Source: Octopus vulgaris
Taxonomy: Eukaryota
NCBI GenBank assembly: GCA_951406725.2
Contig: OX597814.1
Coordinates: forward strand, 146,072,001-146,136,000
Direction: 5' to 3'
Length of the DNA stretch: 64,000 bases
Of this stretch, positions 27,467-42,138 are shown in pieces. A program made the translations under genes and the position numbers. The notes under the pieces are model-generated. The model had not been told where the DNA came from, ran no database searches, and saw only the letters and a program-made list of their open reading frames with translations. Each line of letters opens with the position of its first letter. The first letter of the stretch is position 1.

Positions 27467-30400
27467 ATGTGTGTGTGTGTGTATGTGTGTGTGTGCGCGT
27501 GTGTACATATTCACGCATGTGTGCGCTAGATTATATCTTCATATGTCTCTGTATTTGTATGTGTGAGTGTTTCGTTTTGTGTGTATATATGTGTATGTGT
27601 ACGTGCGTAAGTTTGTGTGAAATGCGTCTTTTGGTATCACAGAGAATCGGCTATTCATTTAATAATAAAACAATTATGTCTTGACTGCAGAAGATGTCAT
27701 GAGATAGACTATATATTGAATATTTAAGTCGTATACATCCATTCTAACTAAATCCTACACATTGTTGTCGTTAGATATTTCTCATGTGTAGCAACGTTTG
27801 CAACACATACATGAACCATTATTTACATGTAGTAAACAAAATGTGTGTTTTGATGTTTGTATCTCCATAGGAAATGCTTCCGTTTGTGGTTACCAGAAAA
27901 GTCAATAGGCACATAATGAACGTCCCGACATCATATGTGTGCCATGGTTGAAATTTAAATATTCGTTACTGCATAAGAAACATTATATGATTGCCTTCAC
28001 CCAGGAAGTCTGTTGGTAGGTATTCCCATGAACCTAAGAATAAATCTATATCGTCTAGCAGAATTACGTCAAAATATGATAGAATGCCATCTGAAAGCTG
28101 AAGCCAACCATACAAATGGAATAATTCAAATAATACATTTTTAACCTTAGGCGTATTTCTGATATTCAAATATTTAGAAATAATTTCACGAGGAAGTTTT
28201 GAAGTTTTCTTAACGTATGCAGAGTATGTGATGAAAAAGCAATTTACAAATTAATAAGTGAACAGCAGACTCAGATTTGGATGTTTAAGAGCTATACAAA
28301 AGATCGGAAATCACATCAGAACAGGAAATTAAATGTCCGTTGAATGAAATAAAATATCTTACTGAACGAAGTAGTGTTAGTATTTTACTAACAGTGCAGA
28401 ACAACAGTAAGATCGAATAGTGAACAATGGAAGCATTCAAATATGTCAGACACGAATTTCAAGATAATTAATTCAGAAGCAAATTGCAGTGAGAGAAACG
28501 TGCATGTGATGGCTAAATAAAATTACTGAAACAAAATGTACAATACATTATTTCTGATTTCAACTGTCTTCTATGGTATTTGTTTTAGCGTAAGTAAAGT
28601 ATACGGCATAATTGATTTCAGTATTTAACAGAACGCAATAACCATTACAGATGAATATTGCATGAATCGAAATAGTATCGAAATTCAAAATCATTACTAC
28701 ATATGTACTTTTAGTTCATATGTTCGTGAAATCCGTAAAGATATTTGGGAAATGTGATGACGTTTCAATCTGAAAATATTGTCCATACTAAATGTATACG
28801 TTCAAAAGTTTTGAAAACGAAAGTCTTCTAATATAAAGATATTTTGTAACTGACTACTTCCCTTTAGAGGTTTAAAATTAATGTTAGAAAACACTGTATG
28901 ATATGCAAGAAACCGATAAAGGCCTATACATGGAAACTGATGCAATCGATATCCAATCTAAATTTTCTTCTTGTTTCTCTCTCGCTTCAATCTCTCTCAT
29001 ATACGCGCGCGTACTGTACTTATTTAAATGTTTCTGTATGTGTGTATACTTATATATTTAGTGAGTGTGAAAGAAAGAGATAGAGGGGAACGGAGAAAGA
29101 GATTATTAAAGATTTAGTGTAGCAATTACATCATCACTGTCCTGATGCGTTGCCATAGTTGCCTAACCTACAGTACCAAACAGAATACAAAATACATGTT
29201 GCTCTTGTGTTTAATGTCATTTTTAGAGTGCAATTTATGAGTAAAGGAATATGCATCTTTCTATTATTTCTATGGAATTTACATCTAAATCTAGGAATCA
29301 TGCGGAGCTACTCATTGTAACATCTAAAAACACTTGTGTGAGCTTTTCAAATTACTGCTCCCATCGCTATCGTTTAATAGCAAAATAGAAACAACTTTTA
29401 GAACACTCAATCAAGGCCAAATATTTTCTGCAAAAATTTCCACCAAGGAATAAATGCATTTTGTTGACCATTCTATAGGATCTAGAGAAACGTACGAAGT
29501 ATAACCTAATATTTTTCATCTGACTATTCACATTATCTGCTTATTGAAAATCGGTGTTCGTAAGAGATTCAATGAAAAGGAATCACATTAAAAACACTTT
29601 CAAACTAATGTAAACGATTTCTTTAAAATGCAGTCATACAAACTAATTTCATTATAAACCAGATATTCAGATTATTTGGTGGATATGTCGACATGAAATA
29701 GCTTGAGTATCGATACCTATTATATGATTCTTTGTAATTATTTTGTTTTAAGTATAATACTGAAAATAATATCATGTTTCTTTCTAAAGTGAGACAAGAA
29801 AATAACAAATGAGAATTTCGTACTATCTCTGGAACGACTAATAAATATATGCAGCAAAGTATGTGTAATATTGCAAGAATTACATCTTCCGATGCGCTTT
29901 CAAGCTTATACTTTGTTAATGATATATTTTTAATGAAGACATCGAAATTTGAAATATTTGAAAATAAATATTTAATGCATTAACCATTCTTTATAGGTAA
30001 CATTAATTTTAAGTGTTATATGTAAACATGTAAGAATCAGCAGTCTTTCATATTGGCATGTTGTGCCTGTGGTATACTACGATTCTTAATAGTAATCTTT
30101 CTTTCATCTCTACTAGTTTTCTAAAAGTATTACATACAAAGAAATATACGAGCTCAAATATTTATTTAATGTATCATTTTATCATAAAATCCGCCATATT
30201 TTAAGTCAAGATAGCTGTAAATGTTTATCTGATTGAAAATGTGATGACGTAAATACTTGAATTTCTTGCAAAATAAATGGAATAAAAGATAAATATAAAG
30301 AGAAGACATCATTTCACTAGTATCTGAATGATACTAACTTTGGATTCTGCTTTTGATACGATAATACTAATCTGTGCCTGAATTTTACTCAAACGCCCAG

Positions 30401-33400
30401 AGTTAACGTTTGTGAGACAAGTGCATTTTGGATAGTCCAAATCAATCGAAGCAAGTGTATATCGTAGTTAGATTTCCATATATCGCGGTAGACTTGTTAA
30501 AAGAGTGAGCGAATTTTCTTTTTAGAAACAGAACAGTATTTCGATCCTTGAATTTTCTCAAGCTCTCTCTCTCCTTCTTCCTTGTGTTACATTAAATAAA
30601 CACAGAGGCTGAATCTGTTTTGACTGCTACCTTTTAAATAAAGCAATGCCACTATCATATTAAGTTCGAGACTATGGCATGTTCATTATCTCGTTGCCAT
30701 TGTTATCAAGTAGCAAATATTCATAAATTTGATAGAAAATTTCATTCGAGTATATTAACGTAGAAATATGAATTTACCGTCAGATATATTAATGAAAAGG
30801 AACATCTTTGAGCCGATATTTATAACCTAAATTTCCCTGACATGAGGTGAATACCACATCTGGGGTTTAGGATATACTCATTGACGGAAACAGGTTTATT
30901 CTGTTTTCTGATGCATTACTACATTGTACTTATAAATAATTGAACTTGTTCTACGTATATATAATTGAGAAATTACTATTCCTTAATTAAAGAATTGCTA
31001 CAATTTAGACATTCCCTGTAGATTCTTATACAGAAAACATTTTTGGTGAGGATATTTTAAAAATATAGCTTGCAGTCTAAAGCGATGTGACCCTTAACAA
31101 ATTTAGATCGGTGCGTTGAATGTTATTAATGTTCCACCAATGCTATGATACAAATTCTATGCTATTTCATTAAAGTTCATTGTTTAAATTAATTCCCAAT
31201 GTGAATATATATTAGCCTATTCTCTACTAAGTGAGGGAGTAAGATAAATATTATCCTGCTTTCTTTATGAAAAGAGAGATTCTACTCCACATTAGTATTT
31301 ATGACTAGAAAATACATAAATCTGACGAGGAGACTACCTAATTTTGTTTCTGACTATCATCTCTATTGTGTTATTAGATTTAATAATATATTGAATATTA
31401 ATGGACTTTAGAATATTATTTCTATGGCTTGTCAAGGAGGACTAGTGGCCTCCCTAGCATTCAAGTCATCTCTCTATACTAATGACGTTAATCAAGGTAA
31501 AAGGAGTTGCATTAGGACCGGTATAAATGGGGATTAGCATCATTGCTGACGTTGTTTTGGTGTATGTCAGATCTGGAAACGTTAATGCAAAGACGGACAC
31601 TAACAGCTCCGTGGATTCACCGATTTCAATCGTAATTTTTTTTATTAATCCGGAGGTAAAAATGAGACGTGAGTTAACCAAAATAGGACTTGAATTTATT
31701 GTCCAGAGAGTTGAAACATGTAACTGGAGGCGCTCTAACAAATTCTCTCACGTATTTCCTAAATGGCTGTCGTAGCATCTATGTAACGATCACGAATAAA
31801 TGGGCCCTCTCTTTACAAGTAATACATCTTTTACTGTGGGGAAATTTGAACTTAGGAAAAGATACAATAAGGCACTAGTGTAATACAGCAAATTCTGTGT
31901 TGCATAAACTCTGCCAAGTCATTATGTTCCTTATATTTATACCACCATCACTTTCGTCAGTATGTATTATTAAATCAAGGGATTAGTTTTGGAGAATTGT
32001 AGTGCTCAGAAGGGTTTAGTTATACGTGTTTATGTATGTAAGTTGCCAAGAGGATGAGCCTCCACTTGTACTAAAAGAGAAGTCAAGATAGGAAAAAAAA
32101 AAAACCTAAAATTTGATAAATTATGCTTTCGAAGCTGCCACATTTTTTAACAGAATATAAATTTAATTTTCATACTGCCGAAAACATAATGATATTCCTG
32201 ACGGGTAATATAAACACTCGTTAATTGGACTTTCTCATTACGTAATTTACAGATAATTGCAAAGTAACTTTCTCTGAATGCAGACAGCTTTGGATATAGG
32301 AACCGTACGTATACAGGCTATACGCACATCACTAACACATTATTTCATTGTCAGAGAATTTACTTATACTTACTGAAAAATGACTGACCATCAGCCTTGT
32401 AGTGCATTAGAACATAATTACTTAGATATCCACATTTCTCCATGAAATTTTATTCTTCTGGTGATTGTTATTCATTCAGCAAAAGTGATAAGAATCATAA
32501 ATATCTTCTGCACAAACACACACATACACATACATAAAGGCACATACACACAAAAACACTCACACACATAGACACACATACATGTAAACACACACAGAAA
32601 TACATACACATACATACACATTGATGTTTGCTTTTATGTTCAGTTATAATAAGAGCTATTTCACATCAGTTTCGTCGGTTACTTTATACATTTGTAAAGT
32701 ACAAGTTCATTACTCTAAAAGAAGAATGTTATTGGCTGTGACTTGAAGTATTGGAGAGCTAAGCCATTTTTGGACTGATACATATATACAACTGAATAGC
32801 ACCAGAATCAATGTAACTATTTTGGCTCTTTGGAGTTGTGACTATGTTAGATCAGTGTAATTATCCTTCGTGTCTGATGTTATTGCAGTCATCTGAGAAA
32901 ACGGTTTTTTTTGCAATGATATAATGCTTTTATTAATCAATTAAATAAGTCGCTTGAAACGGCCGTAATGAATTGACACCTGTACCTCTTTGTTATTCTT
33001 CTATATGTATATATATACGTGTGTGCGTGTGTGTATGCGTGTGTATCATATTTTATATAAAAAATCCATATACATCTGTATGTAGTAGGTACGTGTATGT
33101 ATGCGTATATATATGTATGTGTGTGTGCCCGCGCGTATTATTTTTATAGCGCAAAATTTAATTAGGAATAAGAGCACAAACACTATGCCGCATATAGAAA
33201 ACAATTTCCAAACATTAGTTTTTTTCTCTAATGTTTTATCTTCTGTTGTCAACTGGAAATATAACTGACGTTTATGTCGATGTAAATTAAAAACAAGCAA
33301 AAACATTTGCAAATTGTGTAACGGAAGAAAATAATTCTTCGACTAACATAGAAAAACTCGTATTGTTCTATATATATATACATATATATATGAAGTAACA

Positions 33401-34317
33401 GATGTATGAAATGTAATCATGTAAAATATAAAAAATGACAAACATAACAGACCAAAGAAAAGCGCAAGAAGTTGATAATATTGTAAATGGTAATACCAAC
33501 CACTTAGCAAATGAACACAACCTTTTAAGCAACAACTTAACTTCAGTTATCTGCTAGATTGTCTTTTTTCCCACCTCAATTATTGAACATCAGGCCTATA
33601 AAAGAAAAATTAGTACGCATTCCGATCGGTTAAATATAATACACTTGCACGATAATTTGGCATTAAAAGTAAAAGAAATAGAATATTCAAAATAGAAACG
33701 TGGAGATATTACTAATCAAAAGTAACGCTAATTTAATAATATCGATCGAAAAAGTATTATCAGTATTTTCTACAGTCTTAGAATATGAAAAGATCCGAGA
33801 GATGTGTTAGCATTTTTTTTTTTTTAGTTTACATTTGTTTTCTTTTTTTCCACTTTTACAGTATAGTACCTTTGCCTATTTATGATTTACGCGTTTTGGA
33901 TAAAAACAAAACAAAAGGAACAAAAAAAAACAAATACAGTACAAAATGTCACTAAATCAAACAATATAGCATTCATCTATTTGGTGCAAAATATATTTCA
34001 GATAAATAATAATATAATGCCGTTAGAAGAATCTATTCTTCCGAAAATAATGATATATTTCGAGAAGTGTTCAATTATACGCTTCAAAAACAAAACTAAA
34101 ACAAAAACACAGTCATAAACATTCACAACTTTAAGAATCACTACATATATTATTCTCGCATTTCCTCACGCGCTGATATGATCAATTGATATTGAATCTG
34201 GAAGCCTCCGGTACAGAAAAGTAGTTCAATCCTGATCCGTGTTATATTCACTAAGACACTGATTCCATATAGACATAGTCGCAATGTTCATATATTCATA
34301 ATATTTGAATACATCTA

Positions 34318-34810
34318 AGGTGGTGATCTGGCAGAATCGACAGCTCGTAGGGGAAAATACTTAGCGGCATTTAGTCCGTCTTTACATTCTGAGTTCAGAT
34401 TCCACTGAGGTCGATCTTGCAATTCCTCCTTTCAAGGTCGATAAAATAAGTGCCAGTTAAGCCCTGAAGTCCATGTAATCGATTTAACGCCGTTATCCGC
34501 CTAATGTAATGGCCTTGTATCAAAATTTTAGATCAATATTTCGGTATAGCAGGGCGGCAAGCTGGCGGAATCATGATCACGCGTTGGAAAATTCCTGGAG
34601 ATATTTCGTCCGTCTTTATACATCGAATTAAACTCGGTGTATAAAGATTCCGCCGACTTGGTGTATAAATTCCGCCGACCTCAACTTTGCCTTTCATTCT
34701 TTCAGGGTCAACAAAATAATTATCAGTTGAGCGCCGGGCTCGTTGTAATGGACTTACTCCCTCCCTCGAAATTGCTGGCACTCTGTCAAAATGTGAAACC
34801 GATATTTCGG
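34318..34810 (+). mobile_element. Two tandem SINE family A copies
   Basis: Two ctggc(a/g)gaatc...ttcc(a/g)c...gaggtc/cctttc blocks at ~34318-34530 and ~34550-34810. Confidence 0.8.
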
Positions 34811-36039
34811 TACACTTGAGTACGGGTGATAAAATATGTACTATATGTTGATATATAGCAGATATGCTTCGCATTTACTGTGATTAATCAGTTAGTTAAT
34901 TTATTCCCCGCTTTCCGGTACTGCGCCAGATAATGCAGAAATTAATGCTTTCAGAGGTCTACTTAAATTGAAGTTTCAACTAGGCCCTTCAAAAATGAGA
35001 ACTCAAAAAAGAATGAATGTATGTATTTATGATTGTATGCATGCTTGCATGCATGCACGTGCATATGTATGAAACAAAATATTCATACAACGTCAGCGGT
35101 TCATGTGAGAGTGAACGTAGAAAACGATCACGTGGCTAATCATATTGCTCCTCTAAAAAAAGTCCAAAATGGAAAAGAAGCGGAAATACATATGTCTATA
35201 AGAAGATAATTTCCTTATCTGTATAAATGGAATTTAGGAGGTGGTTTTGGAAAATTCGTAGGAGACGAATATATTATCACAGAATGGTAATGAAGTTGCT
35301 GATTGTTGTTGTTGCTGTTAAGCAACAAGACGGGTAAGGATGATTAGGTGATGGTCTAGGGCTTAGGGGCGGGAGACCCCCAGACCTTGGAAAAAGAAAA
35401 ACAAAAATAAACTTTAGTCGTCTTGTTGTAGTCTAGGGCTCTTCCTTGACGCCCGACACCACTGGAAGGTGGCCCTCGAAGTCGCTGGAAATGGAGATCT
35501 CCAGGTCCAAATTCTTGAACGGCAGAAGGCTCTGAAGCGATAAGAGTTTAAAATTTAGAATAAAAGATCAGATATCGTACCTTCTGCATGATCCTTATAC
35601 AATCCTACATATGTACAACAGTACAATAAAGTTAGAAAAACACAATATTAATACACATGCTAATACAGGTATGTTTAACACTTCTGTTTCCACTCTTGGA
35701 ATTGTCTGAATTATTCGTGACATAAAGAAAAAAATAACCGACATTGAACATCTACTAAGCCCATTAAATAACATAATATTCGTTCCGAGTGTGTTTTGAA
35801 ACATGTACTAGTTAATGATGTCTTCCATTCCCTTCACCCACAGACTTATTATATCCTCATATTTGCAACTTTCTTTGCGGTTGTATACTGGCGGTCAGCT
35901 TATCTAAATTGTTATCTAATTCAACATAGAACGAAGCTATTGCACACTAGGATCCTGTTGCACTATAGAAATTGGAAGTCTTTCTGAATCACGTGCTGCG
36001 ACTTAACACTAACACCAAACGCTCAGACCACAGCCGCCA

Positions 36040-36454
36040 GTGTGGCTGTGTGGTAAATAGTTTGCTCCCCAATCACATGGCTCCGGGTTCAGTCCCATTG
36101 TGTGACACTTTGAGCAAGTGTTATCTACTATAGCCTCGGGTCGACAAAAGCCTGTGAGTGGATTTGGTGGACGGAAACTGAAAGAAGCCCACCACATATA
36201 TATATGTATGTGTGTCTGTGTGTGCGTGTGTGTGCATGCGTGTGTGTGTTTTTGTGTGATTGTGTTTTGTGTGTGTGTGTAGTGTTGGTATTCGTTCCCC
36301 CACCACAGCTTGACAGCTGAAGGTGCTGTGTAGATGTCCTCGTAACCTAGACGTTCAGCAAAATATATCAATACAATAAGGAACAGATATTTAAAAAAGT
36401 TCTGAGGCCGTCCCATTCGACTAAAATTTCTTCAATGTCACGCCGCGAAACAAG

Positions 36455-36455
<1 letters not shown>
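36040..36455 (+). mobile_element. SINE family B copy
   Basis: gtgtggctgtgtggtaa...gggttcagtccc...tttgagcaagtg, then microsatellite, then cttgacagc...gtaacctag. Confidence 0.85.
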
Positions 36456-36508
<53 letters not shown>

Positions 36509-36579
36509 GTAGTATATATATATATATAGATAGAGAGATAGATAGAAAGAGAAAGAGAGAGAGTAAATACTTCCGTCGG

Positions 36580-36900
36580 TCATGAAGGATCATGGAACTG
36601 CACCTAGAAAGTTACCCTCCAAGGCACAAATCTGGGCAAGTGTGTTTATGGAAGACCACCAGTCCACCATGAATGCCAGGCTGCCGTCTCCATGTCATTG
36701 ATGTTATTCAAGGGAAAGGCAAAGGCTGACACAGCTTGGCACCAGTGACGTCAGAACTCAATTCTACACCTAAGTGAATTGGAGCAACGTGAAATAAAGT
36801 ATCTTGCTTAACAACAACACACACAGCCCGGTCTAGGTAATCGAAATCACTGCGTCATGATTGTGAGCCCGACGCTCTAACCACTTAGCCGTACGCCTAC
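36580..36900 (-). mobile_element. tRNA-derived SINE family C
   Basis: Minus-strand head ggcgtacggctaagtggttagagcg...gatttcgatt, and a tttcacgttgctcca block shared with 61503-61745. Confidence 0.8.
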
Positions 36901-37957
36901 AAACACAAACGCACACGCACGCGCACACACACAAACACACACACACACATTCACACACCTATACGCGTGCATGCGTATGTGGGTGTGAGTTTGTGTGTAT
37001 GTGTGTGCGCGCGCATCTGAAGAGATGTGTATGTATTATGAAGCCTTGTGCGTTTGATATCTACATAATCGCTTTAGTGTACGTCTACATCTCTCACCTA
37101 ACACAAGTCTTTTGTGGTTTTTACCATTCAGAGAGAGAGAGAGAGGGAGAAAGAGAGAGAGAGATAGAGATAGAGAGGAGAGAGAGAGAGAGGAGAGAGA
37201 GAGAGACAATTTATGTTCCTGTATATAATGTCTCAATTCTGTCTCGTAGATTCGGGGAGTTTGATTTATTTCAACAGGCAGTGGCCCGATTGTACAGTAT
37301 TTATAAACATCTAAACACCGGCTTCTTTTACAGACTACGCTAATATATACATATCTACTTTGATATAAGAGATTCTTATTGCTTCCTCTACGTACACATC
37401 GTTCTCAGGTTTCTAATATATTTTCAATTAATTATTGCCAAACTTCAATGAAAATACTTTACCTTTTGAAGCTTTGACATGAGTACTGTGAAGCACGAAT
37501 ATATAAACACACTGTACCAAAGACTATACTGAGTATTCAGTCTATTACTAAATCATTTTAACTTGGTAATCTCGATGTTTGCATTCTGAAGTCAAATTCC
37601 GCCTTCTGTCGCCGTTAAGAATAACAGAACGTACAGGTCTTCCGGGAGAAGTAACGGGAAATGCTATCAGGCAAAGAATAACGAACGCAAATGTAGTTTC
37701 CTTGCTTCAATCAAAACGTTCAGGGTACCTCATTACCTTACATACATAAATATATACATATATACAAATATACATAATGAAAGACTTACACACACACATA
37801 CTTTCATTATCTGTTCACCTCCCATACACATACCTATTTCTTTATTACCCACAAGGGGCTGAAAACATACCATACACATACCATACATACACACATACAC
37901 AGGTATGTAACCATACACGTGCTGTTGGCGATGCCTGTTCGTTTGTTGGGCTTTTCC

Positions 37958-37992
37958 TTTTCCGACGAAGAGCTAGGCACGAAAATTCAAAC
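37958..37992 (+). ncRNA. Degenerate hammerhead-like motif (family of 14029-14066)
   Basis: ttt-tCCGACGA-agagctaggcac-GAAA-attcaa. Downstream sequence resembles that following the 14029 motif. Confidence 0.4.
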
Positions 37993-39590
37993 TCCTACAT
38001 CTCACCGAGCGTCAAGATAATACATTTCCTGCGTACATTCTCTTGTCCGTTAATTCAATTATTATGGGCAGAATCGGCACAGCTGACATATAGTGAACGG
38101 GATTACTTGCGTAATGGAAGTTATTGTTTGTTTGAAAGTGAAGTCTGTATGAAAGTGCTTTCTGTTCTTAAGAAGGATCACTATATATATATATACAGAT
38201 TATTACAACAAACCGTTGCCAATGGTGTAAAGGCATTCCTTTAAAATAACTAATTTATATAATCCACTATCAATCTGCCGTGAGTTCAGTTTGTGTGAAT
38301 ACCTTTGCATCTATCTATAAAGAGAGATATGAAACTAAAAATCAAATCATATGATATAATGTTTATAAAAATACATTAACATATATTTCCTCTTAAACTT
38401 CAAATGTAAAATTTATATGGAGTGTAATGCTATTTTATAGATAGGAGTTAAACAAACAAATGAATACTAATTACATTTGGACATTGACGGGTAATATTTC
38501 CATTTAATATTCGATAGAATCTAACTTTAAAAATTTATACGAGATTTAACCCTATTTGTTATTGAGGTTAGATAAATAAATATATACTAATATCTATATA
38601 TCTTTGTATTCACCAATGAATCTCACATTTGAATCAGTGATTCAAATATCAGTGATTATTTAACTACAACCGTACACAGAGCAACAAAGTTTGATCGTAC
38701 GCGGTAAACAAAGTGAGGTTTCTTAAAAGTGTCTGAACTATTTAATAAGTTCACTCGTTCACAATCTAGATTCATATCTGAACAGGGCTTTATTTACCAA
38801 CCATTTAATTCTGAGTTTTGTTTTATCATGTTTCTGTAAGTCATTAGCTAAGGTATTTCTGCATACCTGTTTCTGGGGAATAATATTTCTCAACATCGAT
38901 CCACTCTATGGTTTTGAAACATCTCTTCGTAAAGTTATAGTCAAATATATGAAATGCTCTTGTAACACATATATGCAATTCAGAATTTACTGATACATTT
39001 ACAAAAAAAAATAAGGAATAATCTATTCTAGATTATTGATATGGAGGTCTAGATTTCAAAGGAAGATCTATTCTACATCTTATTTCACTATCTTTCGCCT
39101 CATATTTCCCATTTGTTACATTATATTTGCTATACTGTACTACAGGTGATATATCTAGAGATTTTAGAGAGGCATCATATGTAATACATTTATGTAAACA
39201 CCTTTGCTTTATGTACAGTATTTTCGTGTTGAAAAAGGTGGAAAACCTCAATCAGACATTTTAATAGTACTGTGCGACTTCATTAGCAAACGAATACTCA
39301 CTGTTAATGTCGACATGGGTACTACTTACAAATATAATAATTATAACCGTTGAAAGAAAAGGATACGCAAATTTCCACACGTAATGCTTGTTCCATTAAT
39401 CACCGGACTAACAATGATTCGTTACAATGTTACACTGCGCTACGTTTATTTACAAAATTGTCAGTTACCTTCACTTAATATCTTATTAATCATAAATCTA
39501 TATGTATTACCTTTGTGACTAGTTCACAACGCTTACTAGTTGCTTACGAAACACAATCTCGGAATTCATACTAGACTGGTTGATACAGAA

Positions 39591-40111
39591 TACCGTAAAT
39601 CTTCGAGTATAGTCCGCCCTTGAGTATAATAAGCAGGGGACTTTTAGGCGGCTGAAAAACCTAAACCTTGTGTATAATACGCATTCCTTCTCTATCTTCA
39701 GTCGTAGGTAATTAAGCCAGCAGCACCTAGTCGAACAAACACTTCTGTGCATGCGTAATACAATAATGGTGATGTTCTTAACTGTTTTAATGTGGGAATA
39801 TAAATATGATTGCAAATTGCTTTTGTTACATGTTATTCTGTGTTCTGAATACTTTTATTTTAATAAATGTTGCTTACTGCAAGTTATGGATGATTCTTTT
39901 ATGACTTCATTGCTTTCAGGCTTAGCTTAAGGCATTTTCGCGCCCGACATCACAAAATGCGTCTGAATAAACATTGTCGAACAGCAAATAGAGACTCGGA
40001 CATTGCTTAGAAAATATTTTTCATTTTTAACATCATATGTGTTACGCACTAGGTATTTTGGCTTTTAAATTTTGCGAAAAAAATGCAAATTATACTCGTG
40101 GATTTACGGTA
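39591..40111. mobile_element. Complete MITE, pogo/Tc2-like (CCGTA termini, TA TSD)
   Basis: taccgtaaatcttcgagtata at 39591 and tatactcgtggatttacggta ending at 40111. Confidence 0.85.
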
Positions 40112-40646
40112 CGTTTTTTTTTTGGTTTACGAATACATAATTCAATAATTTCTATAACAGCACAACATTCAGACAATATTGTCAACGTACATTGATCAAA
40201 GGATTTACCAAGAATATGTTTATATTACGCCTTTACTTATATTGTAGCCATGAGCTGAATCTTTATGAAAACAGAATATTTCAATCTGTTACTTGTAAAA
40301 ACACAAATGACTCACATTAACTCGACAGCTATTTCAATTTCTACCTACGGAGATATTCTATATGACAACATGTTACTTCCGTCTTTATGGAGTGTTGTCT
40401 AACAGACATACATATAATGTACACGACAGTGTATGGTTAAGTGAAATACAATTAACTCACCATTTGCTACAAATAATGTGGCTCTAATACACTACGCTAC
40501 ATTTCATTGATACATGATACAGGATTTTGAACATTTTCTGTTAAAATAAAAGAATTTTCAATAAAATGGTGTTTCGTATAAACTGCTTATATCTATTTCG
40601 TTTGTGGATTTGGTTTGCAAGATTCTTTATATGAGGTCGTGTGTTG

Positions 40647-40935
40647 AAGCATATTCTGTTGTGTCAGGGGAGAGTCATTCTCTTTTAGTACATTATTATT
40701 TAACACACTCACCGGTAAAATTTCCACTTCGTCTTTTTATTTTTCTAACATTTTCGTTGCGTCTTGCAACCTTTTCAATAGTCTTTACTCTCAAGACTAT
40801 TGAAAAGGTTGCAAGACGCAACAAACATTTTAGGAAAATAAAAAGGCGAAATAAGTGGAACATTTACCGGTGAGTGTGTTAAATAATAAGGTACTAAAAG
40901 AGAATGACTCTCCCCAGACACAACAGAATATGCTT
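40647..40935. repeat. Near-perfect ~290-bp palindrome (fold-back) with a 7-nt loop
   Basis: Arms 40647-40785 and 40793-40935 are reverse complements with few mismatches or indels. Confidence 0.95.
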
Positions 40936-42106
40936 ATATCTAGTTTACTTGCAAACAAAAACAAAGCACTTTACATAAATTCTAAAGGGAAACATAATCG
41001 CCTAATTTGCTACATGAAATCCATTGTTGAACAAAATGGACTCTTTTGCTGAACCGCTAGGTTACGGAGACGCATACACAACAACATTGGTTTTAAAGTA
41101 GTGATGGGGCCGGGGACAATCACTGACACAAGTCTTTTGTTTAAAACAATTATTATTATTTAATAACATTTAGGTGACTGAGCGTAGCACAGCCAAATGT
41201 GCTCTTAGCATAACTCTCAGATAGATAAGCGTTTTACATGCTGAATTATAGGTACAGACCACTTGGCGGTCGACTATATCGTTTCTGTCTATTCAGCTAC
41301 ATTCACAACTTATGGCTTGAACCGAGCCTGTGGAAGATGATATGGAATTACATATGCGAGGGGCGTTATATTTGTAAGACACTTAACTAAAATATATTGA
41401 TGGTTCATTATACGTTAAATATACAAAAAGATCAAAATGAATCCGGAAACAAATTGACGTACCGCATTTTATCTTGAGTAGTAATGAGAAACTGCTGCCT
41501 TATTAACAAAATCTATAACCCAGTAATGCCAACTAATGAGAAATTATAATCAATAGTTGCATATATATGTTTGACTGTAAAAATGTTCGCCATAATCTAG
41601 TATCAAAGCAAAGACACTATTTTTCTCAAACCATAAAAACACATTTTCTTCCTTTCATCCGTTAAGCAAACACCTTTTAAGCAGATTGACACAGTAGCCA
41701 CAGTTCATATATGGAGCTCCACTCACCAACCAAACTTGAGGTGAAAAGTGAATCAAGCAAACCTATGTAAATAACCAAGATTTTCAAGCCAGTCTCAAAA
41801 TTTTCTTTGAAAGAAAATAAAATAAAAAATGTTAATCCACTGCGATGTATCGAGTGAAATTCCAATCTATTGTTTCACTGTTTTTATATAAAGCTACACA
41901 AAACAACATACATTAATATACATAAGTACATGCATGTAGACATATATCTGTCTGTTTGTTGACCTCACTAACAACTATATATCCGCTATATAGGAAATCT
42001 GCAATGGCTCCATAACTACCGTCTCGGCTATAACATTTGTTCCCGAGCAATCCGTTACAGCACTTACGCAGCGTACGTAATCGTTTAGATCACCTGTTAA
42101 CTAAAC

Positions 42107-42134
<28 letters not shown>

Positions 42135-42138
<4 letters not shown>

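Noticed and set aside
27860-27950. Acceptor-like site and imperfect hairpin ggcacata...atgtgtgcc
   Set aside because: Short frames end in stops, and the hairpin is too short and imperfect for a miRNA call.
31321-31350. CTGACGA core-like heptamer
   Set aside because: No downstream GAAA or supporting stems.
31466-31775. Overlapping ORFs, one with cadherin-like ITIEIGESTE
   Set aside because: No DxNDNxP, DRE or AxDxD motifs in frame. Other frames and a 3' stem-loop look more like a decayed LINE tail.
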